Shown here in pieces: positions 1 to 8,499 of a DNA stretch of 33,675 nucleotides. The stretch's first letter is position 1. The number at the start of each line of letters is the position of its first letter. The DNA lies in IMG/VR virus record IMGVR_UViG_3300020044_003982, positions 1 through 33,675 of that record; one strand, given 5' to 3'. Origin of the DNA: a virus (taxonomy: Duplodnaviria > Caudoviricetes). Below the pieces are notes generated by a model. It saw only the letters and a program-made list of their open reading frames with translations. It searched no databases and was not told the origin of the DNA. The translations under genes were made by a program, and so were the position numbers.

Positions 1-121
1 ACATAGGCCACTTAGCCTTGTGCTGCCGGTTTTTTCCCTTATTTGTCCGGCTTAGAGCTACAGGCAAGCCCCTTCACTGGGGCTTTTTTTATGACAAGAA
101 CAAAGCTCGTTCAGCCTCGCG
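1..121. repeat. 121-bp direct terminal repeat (left copy), most likely circular-assembly overlap
   Basis: Bases 1-121 are identical to 33555-33675; the repeat cuts through the ends of two convergent genes. Confidence 0.95.
66..90 (+). terminator. Rho-independent terminator ending the plus-strand early arm (copy at 33620-33644)
   Basis: AAGCCCC-ttcact-GGGGCTT followed by a T run, at the convergence of the early and late transcripts. Confidence 0.85.
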
Positions 122-568
122 CCTACGTTCTAGTCCTCTGAGTACCACGCCATTAGACTTGCGCCACTTCAAGAACTCATCTGCCGCGCCTTCAAGGTCT
201 CCACGGTTATATTTCATGCGTAGGGTAGAAGCCTGGAGGTTGCCTAGTCCGATATTAAAAGAAAGGCTAACAAGTGCTGCATGGTGAGATTCATTATCAG
301 CAGAAGCAGGACATAGTCGAAGTACGCCACCCGAAAAGCGTAATAGGTCTGCCTCAAGAAGCGCATCAATTTCGTCAGCATCCCATATCCGATTGTGTTC
401 TGGTTTAAGTGGATAGGAGGCTCTCTCAGGCGTTTTGAGCCTCGCTTGGTCTTGGTACAGTACTCTGCCATACCCAATCGTCCAAAGCGCAGCAGGGCAC
501 CTATAGGGGATGCTGTGACACCCCTCAAAGCTCTTGATTAGCTGGATGCCAGCTTCAGAGATGGTCAT
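89..568 (-). CDS. Endolysin, GH24 phage lysozyme
   Basis: IKSFEG...YRCPAALWTIGYG (E-x8-C-x5-T triad), LVSLSFNIG, GLERRREAERALF. Confidence 0.95.
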   Translation of the reverse strand: MTISEAGIQLIKSFEGCHSIPYRCPAALWTIGYGRVLYQDQARLKTPERASYPLKPEHNRIWDADEIDALLEADLLRFSGGVLRLCPASADNESHHAALVSLSFNIGLGNLQASTLRMKYNRGDLEGAADEFLKWRKSNGVVLRGLERRREAERALFLS

Positions 569-1050
569 CTCTTGTTGAAAGCCTGCGAGCCAAACCAGAA
601 AGCAATGATCGCGGCTAGGATGCTCATCTCATCATCTGAGAACACTTGCGTCATAGCGTCAGCAAAGGCTACTCCGGTGCTGTAGGCGTACCAGATACCC
701 GCGACATCAACGACAACCAACAGGCCGACAAAGACGTAGGTCACGATTGGTCTGACAGAGGCTCGAAGGTTAATCACCCAGGTTGACGCACCGTCACCGA
801 TCTTCATGTCGTGCTTATACATTGCCACGCGCTCTTGGGCTTGGGTCTGCATCTCGATCTGGTCTGTCTTGATTTCCTCGACGCGGGCTTGTGCGATGTA
901 GCCTTCTTTGGCAAGCGCAATCTCACGCTCACGCTGCATCGACATCAGAGCCAGCTCATGCTTCTTGTCGCCACGGTCTTGGAAGTAATCGAGAACCTTG
1001 GGCAGTCCGCCAGAGGCAAATCCCAGAAGAGTAGACAGTAGGGTCATCAT
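565..1050 (-). CDS. Holin (3TM/GTA-holin-like)
   Basis: N-terminal hydrophobic stretch, WVINLRASVRPIVTY and IIAFWFGSQ motifs, directly upstream of the lysozyme. Confidence 0.7.
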   Translation of the reverse strand: MMTLLSTLLGFASGGLPKVLDYFQDRGDKKHELALMSMQREREIALAKEGYIAQARVEEIKTDQIEMQTQAQERVAMYKHDMKIGDGASTWVINLRASVRPIVTYVFVGLLVVVDVAGIWYAYSTGVAFADAMTQVFSDDEMSILAAIIAFWFGSQAFNKR

Positions 1051-1310
1051 GATCTTTTACCTTGGCAGGGAGGCTGGGAATCGTCAGCGTTGCCGAGTTT
1101 TACCCCAGCCAACAGGCCGATAAAGCCGCCGATAATTGTTTGGAAAGCAGGGCTGATAAGTTTGAAAATCTCAGCGTTGTCGATGTTGTTGAACCAAAGA
1201 CCTGCTACCAGCGCAACGACCATGACCACGACCGAGACGCATAGCGTAGCGGACACCATCAGCGTCACTGCGTAGGTCAGTCTGCCGCGAATGTCTACCG
1301 AATCGCCCAT
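1047..1310 (-). CDS. Two-TM membrane protein in lysis cassette
   Basis: Two hydrophobic helices; TGATG/ATGA coupling to neighbours. Confidence 0.7.
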   Translation of the reverse strand: MGDSVDIRGRLTYAVTLMVSATLCVSVVVMVVALVAGLWFNNIDNAEIFKLISPAFQTIIGGFIGLLAGVKLGNADDSQPPCQGKRS

Positions 1311-1564
1311 CACTTGTCGGCCTTTGCAGACAGGCTGTGGATGATGGAATCGACCTTGGCGAACAGCTTGTCGATGTCGTGCCTGTACTCATCACGCTTG
1401 ACGTATTGACCCGCTACCAGCACCTCGATGGCGCTAATTCGCACCGTTGTCTCTCTCTCATTATCTTGCAACTGTTTGATCTCCTTCCAAATGTTCGTGA
1501 CCAGCACCCCTACAAGGAAAGAGAACCCGCCCAGTATGATGTTGAAAGCTGCTTGATAATCCAT
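1310..1564 (-). CDS. Single-TM plus coiled-coil membrane protein (holin-associated)
   Basis: N-terminal TM (AFNIILGGFSFLVGVLV), YVKRDEY motif, strong RBS (AAGGGAG). Confidence 0.7.
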   Translation of the reverse strand: MDYQAAFNIILGGFSFLVGVLVTNIWKEIKQLQDNERETTVRISAIEVLVAGQYVKRDEYRHDIDKLFAKVDSIIHSLSAKADK

Positions 1565-1583
1565 GTCTTCTCCCTTCCTTGGT

Positions 1584-1982
1584 TTAAAGAATCGCCACTA
1601 TCGCAGACTGAAGGTCTGAAGCAGTGGTCGAGGTTGTGAATACAAAGTTGATAGCACAGTCCCCGCTGTAAGGACCGTTGATCCATCTGAATTGCAGCAG
1701 GTCGCTATCCATGTCCTGACCCGTGATCTCTGCCTGCGGGTGCGTAGCAAAGCCGGTGTCGAATATAAGCCCATTGGCGTTCGTCTGGACCGTAATACTG
1801 GGATCGGCAATGTAGGCATCGAGGCCAGCAATGACATCCGCCTCAGACGTTCCTATGGTCCACAGGAAAGGCACCACGTTTACTCCCATGTCTGGGAGTG
1901 TCGCTGTAATGGTGTCGAGAACAAAGTCCACCTGGTGAACCAATGCCTCTCCGGTTGATACTGTCAGTTGAATGGCTGGCAT
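1584..1982 (-). CDS. Hypothetical protein downstream of tail fibre (132 aa)
   Basis: ATG at 1982 preceded by GGAG, just after the tail fibre stop. Confidence 0.7.
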   Translation of the reverse strand: MPAIQLTVSTGEALVHQVDFVLDTITATLPDMGVNVVPFLWTIGTSEADVIAGLDAYIADPSITVQTNANGLIFDTGFATHPQAEITGQDMDSDLLQFRWINGPYSGDCAINFVFTTSTTASDLQSAIVAIL

Positions 1983-1984
1983 GA

Positions 1985-4900
1985 TTACTCCAAGAGTGTG
2001 TAGGTGATGACCCAAGCAATTGACATCGTTGCATCAGTATCAGGATCGACCGTCAGCTTGAGGTTTGTTCCATCCGTCACCCTGTTTGCGAGAGTGAATG
2101 TCGTTGTGCCAGTAGCCAGCCCAGTGGTGATCGTAACGTACCTGTTTGTGGTTGAGCCGTCACCGATAATGATGTCGTGAGGAGTAGCACCAGACACCGT
2201 TCCCACAATGGACTCGATGTAGGCATTAGCAGGCAGGATCGCCTGGTTAACACCACCGATATACTGAAGCTCTTGAGTAGCCGCCCATGTGTTAGTCCAG
2301 CGTACCTGTCGGCGCATAGACTGCGGAGCGCCGAGAATCGTCGCACCAGAGGCAGGAAGAAGCATATGGTTCTTGTTGCCGCTTTGGTCGAATATCTGCC
2401 CAGTATTGGTCTGGGCGTTGAAGGCGGGCCAGTGGCCGCAGAGGCCGGTTTTCTTGATGTTAAAAACCGCTATGTATGCAATGTCTCCGCCAGTTGCTGA
2501 GGCAGAAGTTCCTCCGCCAGCATCGCTTAAATACACACGCAACGAGGTTGCGGAATTTGCAGTAACCCCGCTGAAGGTAAAATAGTGCCACTGGCCTTTC
2601 GCCAAGTTACTTTGCACAGCACCAGAGATGACGGCATTCCCTGATTGATTTCTAATATCAAAACAATCAAGCGCAGTGTTTGCTGAAGGGAAATTGATAC
2701 CAAGATAAAATTGATACTGTGTGGAGGCAGGTATAGTGATGGTTTTTGCTAAATATCTTCCTGCGCCTGTTGTGGTAATTTCACATTTTAAGCAGTTGTC
2801 TACACCGTCAATTCCGTCAAAGTTTCCAGTCAATGTGACATTTGAACCTGTCCAAGAATCCACCCCAGCACTAAAATCGCTGGCGTATATAGCAGTCTGA
2901 CTCCCTCCTACATCAGCAAACTCCGGCCCCCTCAAACAATAATTCAAACACTCCGTCACACTCAGCGCCCGGTTGTAGATAGCGCCATCGTAGTAGCTGC
3001 CCTCAGTGGTTGTGGTGCTGGTGCCGAGCAGGTAGAGGTTGGAGGCGTTGTCTACGCTGAGAAGGACGGATTTGACTGATACGTTATCGACAGTGCCAGC
3101 AAATGTGCTGTTTGCTGCGAATGCCACCGTATTATTGCCTGTCACGGCAGTAAGGTATGCCGTATATGTCCCACTTGCCGTAACAGCAATTGTGCTTACC
3201 TCAGTAGTTCCTGTGAGCTTTGGAACCAGCGTCCCCGCTGTGCGCGTTGCGGTAAATGTTACTGCATAAGTACGACCCGGAACTAAAGTTACAGTTTGCA
3301 ATAAGCTAGACGCAACACCAGCTACCTTTGTCGCAACACCCGCCGAAATAGTCCAGCCAGTGCCCTTTGTCCAATCCGTATCAGCCGCAAAGTCGCCATT
3401 TGTGACCAGCTCAGTAGTTGTGTCCCCTGCGGAGGTAATGGCAACTGCAGTACCAAGCTGCACCCCATCAACAACGAAAGTCACAGAGCCATCCGCAGAT
3501 GTAGTCTCTCTCGTCACTGGGATAATAATCACCGGCTCCACATTGGATGCAGAGGTCAGAGCCGCCGTGGAATCGAACGTGGTCGCATTCAGAGTCAGTC
3601 GCACAATGCCAGTAGTCAGCAGCGTGACGATGATGCCAGTGGTGCCATCGTGCTTGTGGTACAGGATTTCATTGGCAGCAGGGCGGGTGGTCGTGATGCG
3701 CTTCTGCACCACCACCGAGAAGTTGTTCGTGCCCATGTCCAGGTTGAGGTTATCCAAGACCTGTGGTGCGCGAACAGATGCAGAGGCGAGCAGGGCAACG
3801 CGGATGGCTTTGGCGAGAGGATCGGTGAACACCTGAACACTGGAGATATTCGTAATAGCTGCCGCTGATGCCGCACTGTTAGCTGCTGCCGCTGCACTTG
3901 ATGACGCTGCCGCTGCGCTTGATACCGCCTCAGATGCCTTCGTGCTTGCCGTTGATGCTGACGCTGAAGCATTTGTCGCCGCAGAACTTGCAGTGGATGC
4001 AGCAGCACTTGCAGTCGAAGCAGAAGCTCCAGCATTTGTCTCTGACGTTGCCGCATTACTCGCAGAAGTAGACGCAGCACTGGCACTGGCAGAAGCCTCG
4101 CTTGCCTTTGTGGTCGCAGTGGTCGCCGCTGTACTTGCAGTAGAGGCAGACGTAGCAGCATTAGTCTCACTGGTAGCGGCATTGCTCGCAGACGTAGAGG
4201 CAGAACTTGCTGATGACGCTGCGCTGCTGGCAGAGCTTGTCGCAGAGTTTGCGCTCGATAATGCACTTGACGCACTTGTCGCCGCATTGGAGGCGCTTGT
4301 GGACGCACTGGAGGCGCTTGTAGAGGCGTTTGAGGCGCTTGTAGAGGCGGAGCTTGCCGAGGCAGAGGCGTTGCTTGCCTGTGTCGTAGCAGTGCTTGCA
4401 GAGGTCGCAGCGTTCGTTGCAGAGGTAGACGCAGCACTGGCAGAGGCAGCAGCAGCAGAAGCACTTGCAGCCGCAGCAGCAGATGTCCCCACCCACCAAG
4501 AAGGAGAGCTGGCTGGAGTGTTCCCAGTGTTGGCATTCTGAAGAGAGGTGTACAGAACGCCATCAGTCCCGACTACGTTCGCATTGATTGCGTAGGTTAC
4601 TGTGGAAATCCAAGACAACTGGATCGCAGTCCAGTAGGTGGTCTCTGTCAGCGGATTCTTGTTCAGGTTTGCATTCTGCAATGACTGATAAACAAGACCC
4701 TGATATGTGATCACCGACCCTTCTTTGTAGGTCGTTCCCGCGCTCCACTCCACAGAGTAAAGGAAGGTCCACGATCCAGTTGTGGTCACAGGATTGTTGT
4801 TCACGTTCCCGTTAATCAGGGAGACGTAGTATTGGCCGTCTGAACCCTGCACAACATCGTTGGAGGTGTATCGCTTTGAGGCTATCCAAGGATTACCGAA

Positions 4901-5176
4901 ACTATTCGCAGTGTCGCCAACAGGGTCACGGACAAGTATCTGCGTCCCTGTAGAGGTAGCCAGGATCGCTTTCGCAACGCCATCAAAGAAGATGTTAGGC
5001 TGTCTACCAGCAGCAGTCAGGATCACTGGGTTGGTATTGGGGATAGTGAAGTCAACGTCAGCGTAGGTTGTCTTCGGGGTAGTCGTGCCAGTCTCGTAGA
5101 AGTAGATTCTTCCACTTACTAGGGGATCGCCCGCATCGTCAAAGTATTGTGTGCCTAGATCGCCGTATCGAGCCAT
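1985..5176 (-). CDS. Tail fibre/tailspike with head-binding N-terminus, CBM5/12-like repeats, Ser/Ala stalk and LamG/CBM-like tip
   Basis: GDPLVSGRIYFYETGTTTPKTTY..NTNPVILTAAGR N-terminus; three W-x4-Y...V...G..Y.SL repeats; Ser/Ala stalk; IYNRALS and DQSGNKNH LamG motifs. Confidence 0.85.
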   Translation of the reverse strand: MARYGDLGTQYFDDAGDPLVSGRIYFYETGTTTPKTTYADVDFTIPNTNPVILTAAGRQPNIFFDGVAKAILATSTGTQILVRDPVGDTANSFGNPWIASKRYTSNDVVQGSDGQYYVSLINGNVNNNPVTTTGSWTFLYSVEWSAGTTYKEGSVITYQGLVYQSLQNANLNKNPLTETTYWTAIQLSWISTVTYAINANVVGTDGVLYTSLQNANTGNTPASSPSWWVGTSAAAAASASAAAASASAASTSATNAATSASTATTQASNASASASSASTSASNASTSASSASTSASNAATSASSALSSANSATSSASSAASSASSASTSASNAATSETNAATSASTASTAATTATTKASEASASASAASTSASNAATSETNAGASASTASAAASTASSAATNASASASTASTKASEAVSSAAAASSSAAAAANSAASAAAITNISSVQVFTDPLAKAIRVALLASASVRAPQVLDNLNLDMGTNNFSVVVQKRITTTRPAANEILYHKHDGTTGIIVTLLTTGIVRLTLNATTFDSTAALTSASNVEPVIIIPVTRETTSADGSVTFVVDGVQLGTAVAITSAGDTTTELVTNGDFAADTDWTKGTGWTISAGVATKVAGVASSLLQTVTLVPGRTYAVTFTATRTAGTLVPKLTGTTEVSTIAVTASGTYTAYLTAVTGNNTVAFAANSTFAGTVDNVSVKSVLLSVDNASNLYLLGTSTTTTEGSYYDGAIYNRALSVTECLNYCLRGPEFADVGGSQTAIYASDFSAGVDSWTGSNVTLTGNFDGIDGVDNCLKCEITTTGAGRYLAKTITIPASTQYQFYLGINFPSANTALDCFDIRNQSGNAVISGAVQSNLAKGQWHYFTFSGVTANSATSLRVYLSDAGGGTSASATGGDIAYIAVFNIKKTGLCGHWPAFNAQTNTGQIFDQSGNKNHMLLPASGATILGAPQSMRRQVRWTNTWAATQELQYIGGVNQAILPANAYIESIVGTVSGATPHDIIIGDGSTTNRYVTITTGLATGTTTFTLANRVTDGTNLKLTVDPDTDATMSIAWVITYTLLE
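4290..4347. repeat. 21-bp-period tandem repeat in the Ser/Ala stalk
   Basis: GAGGCGCTTGT at 4290, 4311 and 4332. Confidence 0.8.
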
Positions 5177-5182
5177 ATTACA

Positions 5183-7273
5183 TCACCGTTGTGGTTGATT
5201 TTCTGTGCCAGTATATGCAGATATTCCGCCAGTAGCGCCAGCAGCACCTGCTGCACCTTGCGGAGTCGCCAGAGCGCGTCCAATCTGCTGCACAGTTGCT
5301 CCCGCTGGGTTAAGCACTTGTTGCGTTGCTGCGCTCTCTGCCCTCAATAGTCTAAGGGCTTTTGCAAAATCAAACATTTGTCCAACTACCGGCAACCGAG
5401 ACATAACAGACCGCTCCAGCCTTTCAATGGCCTGTGCGCTGGGTCCACGCCCAAGCGCCGTACCGCGAACGGGTTCCCGCAATTGCGCCAGCCGCATCAT
5501 ATCGTCAAGGAATTTTACCTCATCAGAGGTGAAAATAACTTTCATTTTATCTTTTCCGATTCGATTTATTGCCCGCTCCAAACTTGCGCGGCTTATTGCC
5601 TGGTTGCCAGAAGCGTCAATCGGACCCTTGAATGCCTCGCTCCTGATATAGTCCAGCGTCTGAGTTCTAAGCGATGCCCATGCGCCTATGCCGCGCTCTA
5701 TCTGCTCAGGTGCGCCCGTAGTCAGAAACCGCTTAAGCTGATTCAGGTCTGACGGCTTCCAGCTATTGCTTAAGGCTACCTTTTCAAATACATCATCGGC
5801 CTTGATCGTGTTATCCATTATATCTTCAACAAGGCTGCGTTGGTTAATGTCAAACTTGCTGACTCGCTCAGGTCTCAGCATCCTGCCAAATTCCGCCCGA
5901 GCCTGTCTTGCTTGCTGAAATACATCCCGTCCAGCAGTAGACAACACATCATCATCTAGCTGGTCTTTTAGCTCACGAATGACCTGCTTTCCAAAATCAT
6001 TTGTTGAGTTGTATCTGGAGTTAAGCACCTGGCGAATAGTCTCCGCTGTATCAACATCAATCTTTCCGCGCACTTGAAAATTATTGTCGATAACGCCTCG
6101 CTCTATTAAGTCTCCACGAATAGAGCGAATGAGACCCCCAGTCAATTCATTGTCAGGAGCGCGTTTACGCAGCGCCTCTGCATATCGAGTAAGCCTGACG
6201 TTTTGCGCCCCCGGTGCCGCCTCCCTTGCCGCCTGATACAAGCTGGATATTTCGCTATCAAGAGCCGTTGCGCGATTGACCACAGCATCAGACAAGGGTG
6301 ATCCAGTAGTCTGCCCGCCAGCGCCAAGAATGCGCGTATCAAATGCCTGAGAGATTGCCCCCTCTTGCTCTTCCAGTGCTGCGCGAACAGTTGTAGATCG
6401 CTTGGCAAGCTCCTGCTGCATTTGGAAGTCATCAGCAGTGCGAGTAATTTGCGCCGTTGTAGGCTCGACCCCCATCGACTTCATAAAATTAAACCGCTCT
6501 GCCTGCTCTCTTGTCAGCACGCCAGTTCGATTCAGGTTGTCGGCTTCAGCGGCCATTGCCGTGGCAAAATCATCAGCACTGGTCCCGCTAGACCGCAACA
6601 ATTTAATTGCATCATCAGTCAGCGTACCGTCAGGATTTGTTATGCGGATAGAAGGTCTGCTGCCAATAATTTTAGCAACCACAGGAGCTGCGACCCGATA
6701 AGCCAAGCGGCCAGCCAGGTCACCAGCCATTGCAAAAATTGGCGTAGTTGCAAGTTTGCTCCATTGCGCTTCGTCGCCCGTAGCGACAGCGCCAGCTTGA
6801 TTGATAGCCTCACTAGCAAGGCCAATAGCGCCTTGAGTTCCAGTTTGGATCAGCGCCCTTGCTGGAGCCGTAGCAATGCCCCCAGCAATATACGGAGCCG
6901 CCTCTTTTGCGACTGATTCAGTGCCGCGAAGGAATCCTGAAATGTCTGCAACGGAAAGGCCGGGGCGATTCGGATAGAACGTGCCGCGACTAGAAACAAG
7001 AGTCGGATTGCCAAACCTGTCCCGTGACAGCGTAGCATTGGGATCAGCCATCTGGCGTTCTGATGCCAGCACTTCTTCAGGAGTGCCCCCGCCTATGTAT
7101 TCGGGAAAGGCTTCTCGCTCAGGACTAATAGCCTGGCGCACCCGCTGCATCATTGAAGGTTTTTTAGCAGGAAGCACTGCAAATATGCGAGCAACATCTT
7201 CCGCAGTGGGAGGAGTATTCCCCGCAACCACAACCTTGCGACCGTCTGGCGATGTGATTTCGTATTCAGCCAT
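5183..7273 (-). CDS. DNA ejection/transfer protein (P22 gp16 position)
   Basis: Large helical Ala/Gly/Arg-rich protein, YEITSPDGRK N-terminus, last gene before the tail fibre. Confidence 0.65.
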   Translation of the reverse strand: MAEYEITSPDGRKVVVAGNTPPTAEDVARIFAVLPAKKPSMMQRVRQAISPEREAFPEYIGGGTPEEVLASERQMADPNATLSRDRFGNPTLVSSRGTFYPNRPGLSVADISGFLRGTESVAKEAAPYIAGGIATAPARALIQTGTQGAIGLASEAINQAGAVATGDEAQWSKLATTPIFAMAGDLAGRLAYRVAAPVVAKIIGSRPSIRITNPDGTLTDDAIKLLRSSGTSADDFATAMAAEADNLNRTGVLTREQAERFNFMKSMGVEPTTAQITRTADDFQMQQELAKRSTTVRAALEEQEGAISQAFDTRILGAGGQTTGSPLSDAVVNRATALDSEISSLYQAAREAAPGAQNVRLTRYAEALRKRAPDNELTGGLIRSIRGDLIERGVIDNNFQVRGKIDVDTAETIRQVLNSRYNSTNDFGKQVIRELKDQLDDDVLSTAGRDVFQQARQARAEFGRMLRPERVSKFDINQRSLVEDIMDNTIKADDVFEKVALSNSWKPSDLNQLKRFLTTGAPEQIERGIGAWASLRTQTLDYIRSEAFKGPIDASGNQAISRASLERAINRIGKDKMKVIFTSDEVKFLDDMMRLAQLREPVRGTALGRGPSAQAIERLERSVMSRLPVVGQMFDFAKALRLLRAESAATQQVLNPAGATVQQIGRALATPQGAAGAAGATGGISAYTGTENQPQR

Positions 7274-8481
7274 CAATTCACCTGCTTGATAGTGTAGCCA
7301 TTGATGACCATAGGCTTCTCAGTAGCCATCTCAGGAGCCTGAGCAGGAGCCTGATTTGCTTGCTGTTGAATCCCAAGCCTACCCTCCAGCCTTGTTTTGA
7401 TCTCTGCGAGCTTCTCCCGCATACGCTGTTCAGATGCGCGAGAATTCAAGCCGCTTGCAGCCTGGCCTATCAGCTTTATATCAGACTCAGAAAGAACTCC
7501 GGTCATGCGGCCAAGGTTTGCCATTGTCAGCAGGCTTTGCAGTTCTTGAAGGTCTGATTCAAAATCTACAGTAGACTCGCGGAATGATGGAACCCAAGAG
7601 CTTATTGGGCCAGTCGCTCCAGCAAGACCTGATTCGTTTGCAAGAAGTTTCGCAGCCAAGTCGTAGGCTCTAGCGATTTCAGCAGATACCATTTGGTCTC
7701 GAGATTCTCGCTCAGTTACCTTTGCTTCTTCGGTAGATAATCTCATTTCCCGTTCTTGAATAGCTGCGTTGATTTCCTGCTGATACTGCTCTGGAGTTAT
7801 ATTGCCAGCCTGCAAGTCTTGGTTCAGTTGCCCAAGATTGGTGGTTGCCGCACGAGGTTGAGCGATCGCTGTTTGCCGCATAGCTTCGATTGCTGTCTGG
7901 TATTCTTGAGGAGTGATGCGCCCAGACATTAAATCTGCACGAAGTTTGCCTACTTCTGTGAACGGGGTTTGTTGGCTAGGCGCTTCAGGAACCTCCGCAA
8001 TAACCTCACTCCCCCTCATTCTTCGCTCCCCGGGACTCAGCGTATATTCTGCTTGCTCCTGCTGCGGAGCAAACCTCTGCCGATAGATTGAGGCAGCAGG
8101 GAAAAGAGTAGTCATCAGGCGATTGATAGCCATTGGATCGTCTTGATCTCGCATGGCTTGCGCGTCCCTGAGTATTTGCAGGGTGTCACTTGGGTCAGCG
8201 TCAGGATAGCTGGAAAGAGCGTCGAGCCGATCTTCCGCAAGCTGAATAACACTGTTCGCTCTCATCTGCCTAGTAATGCGCGGGTCTTCAGGATTTTCTG
8301 TCAAGAAACGAAGAGCAGTATCAGCGTCCTCATACATAGCACGCTGACGCGCCTCAAGCTCTGCCCGCTTCTGTTCAGTCAGACCCTGCTCACGCTGTCT
8401 AATGCCTTCAGCGTACTCCTGCGCTCTACCGCCGTAAGCCGCACCAAGACCACCAAGTATGTCACCGAAATTGATCGCCAT
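7273..8481 (-). CDS. DNA ejection/transfer protein
   Basis: Gln/Ala-rich helical protein, YTLSPGERR and GVLSESDIKL motifs, synteny. Confidence 0.6.
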   Translation of the reverse strand: MAINFGDILGGLGAAYGGRAQEYAEGIRQREQGLTEQKRAELEARQRAMYEDADTALRFLTENPEDPRITRQMRANSVIQLAEDRLDALSSYPDADPSDTLQILRDAQAMRDQDDPMAINRLMTTLFPAASIYRQRFAPQQEQAEYTLSPGERRMRGSEVIAEVPEAPSQQTPFTEVGKLRADLMSGRITPQEYQTAIEAMRQTAIAQPRAATTNLGQLNQDLQAGNITPEQYQQEINAAIQEREMRLSTEEAKVTERESRDQMVSAEIARAYDLAAKLLANESGLAGATGPISSWVPSFRESTVDFESDLQELQSLLTMANLGRMTGVLSESDIKLIGQAASGLNSRASEQRMREKLAEIKTRLEGRLGIQQQANQAPAQAPEMATEKPMVINGYTIKQVN

Positions 8482-8499
8482 TATGAAATGTTCCTGATG

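Noticed and set aside
1-121. Biological direct terminal repeat (T7-like)
   Set aside because: The terminase resembles headful-type enzymes and the repeat length fits an assembly k-mer overlap; it cannot be called a physical end without reads.
4290-4347. Mini CRISPR-like array
   Set aside because: 11-bp unit with 21-bp period, in frame within a coding heptad repeat; no unique spacers.
3616-4563. Long alternative ORFs (315 aa minus, 199 aa plus, Cys-rich 110 aa)
   Set aside because: Shadows of the low-complexity Ser/Ala codons of the tail fibre; no RBS or independent features.
1985-5176. Diversity-generating retroelement or invertible tail segment
   Set aside because: No reverse transcriptase, invertase or TR/VR repeat pair was seen in the genome.
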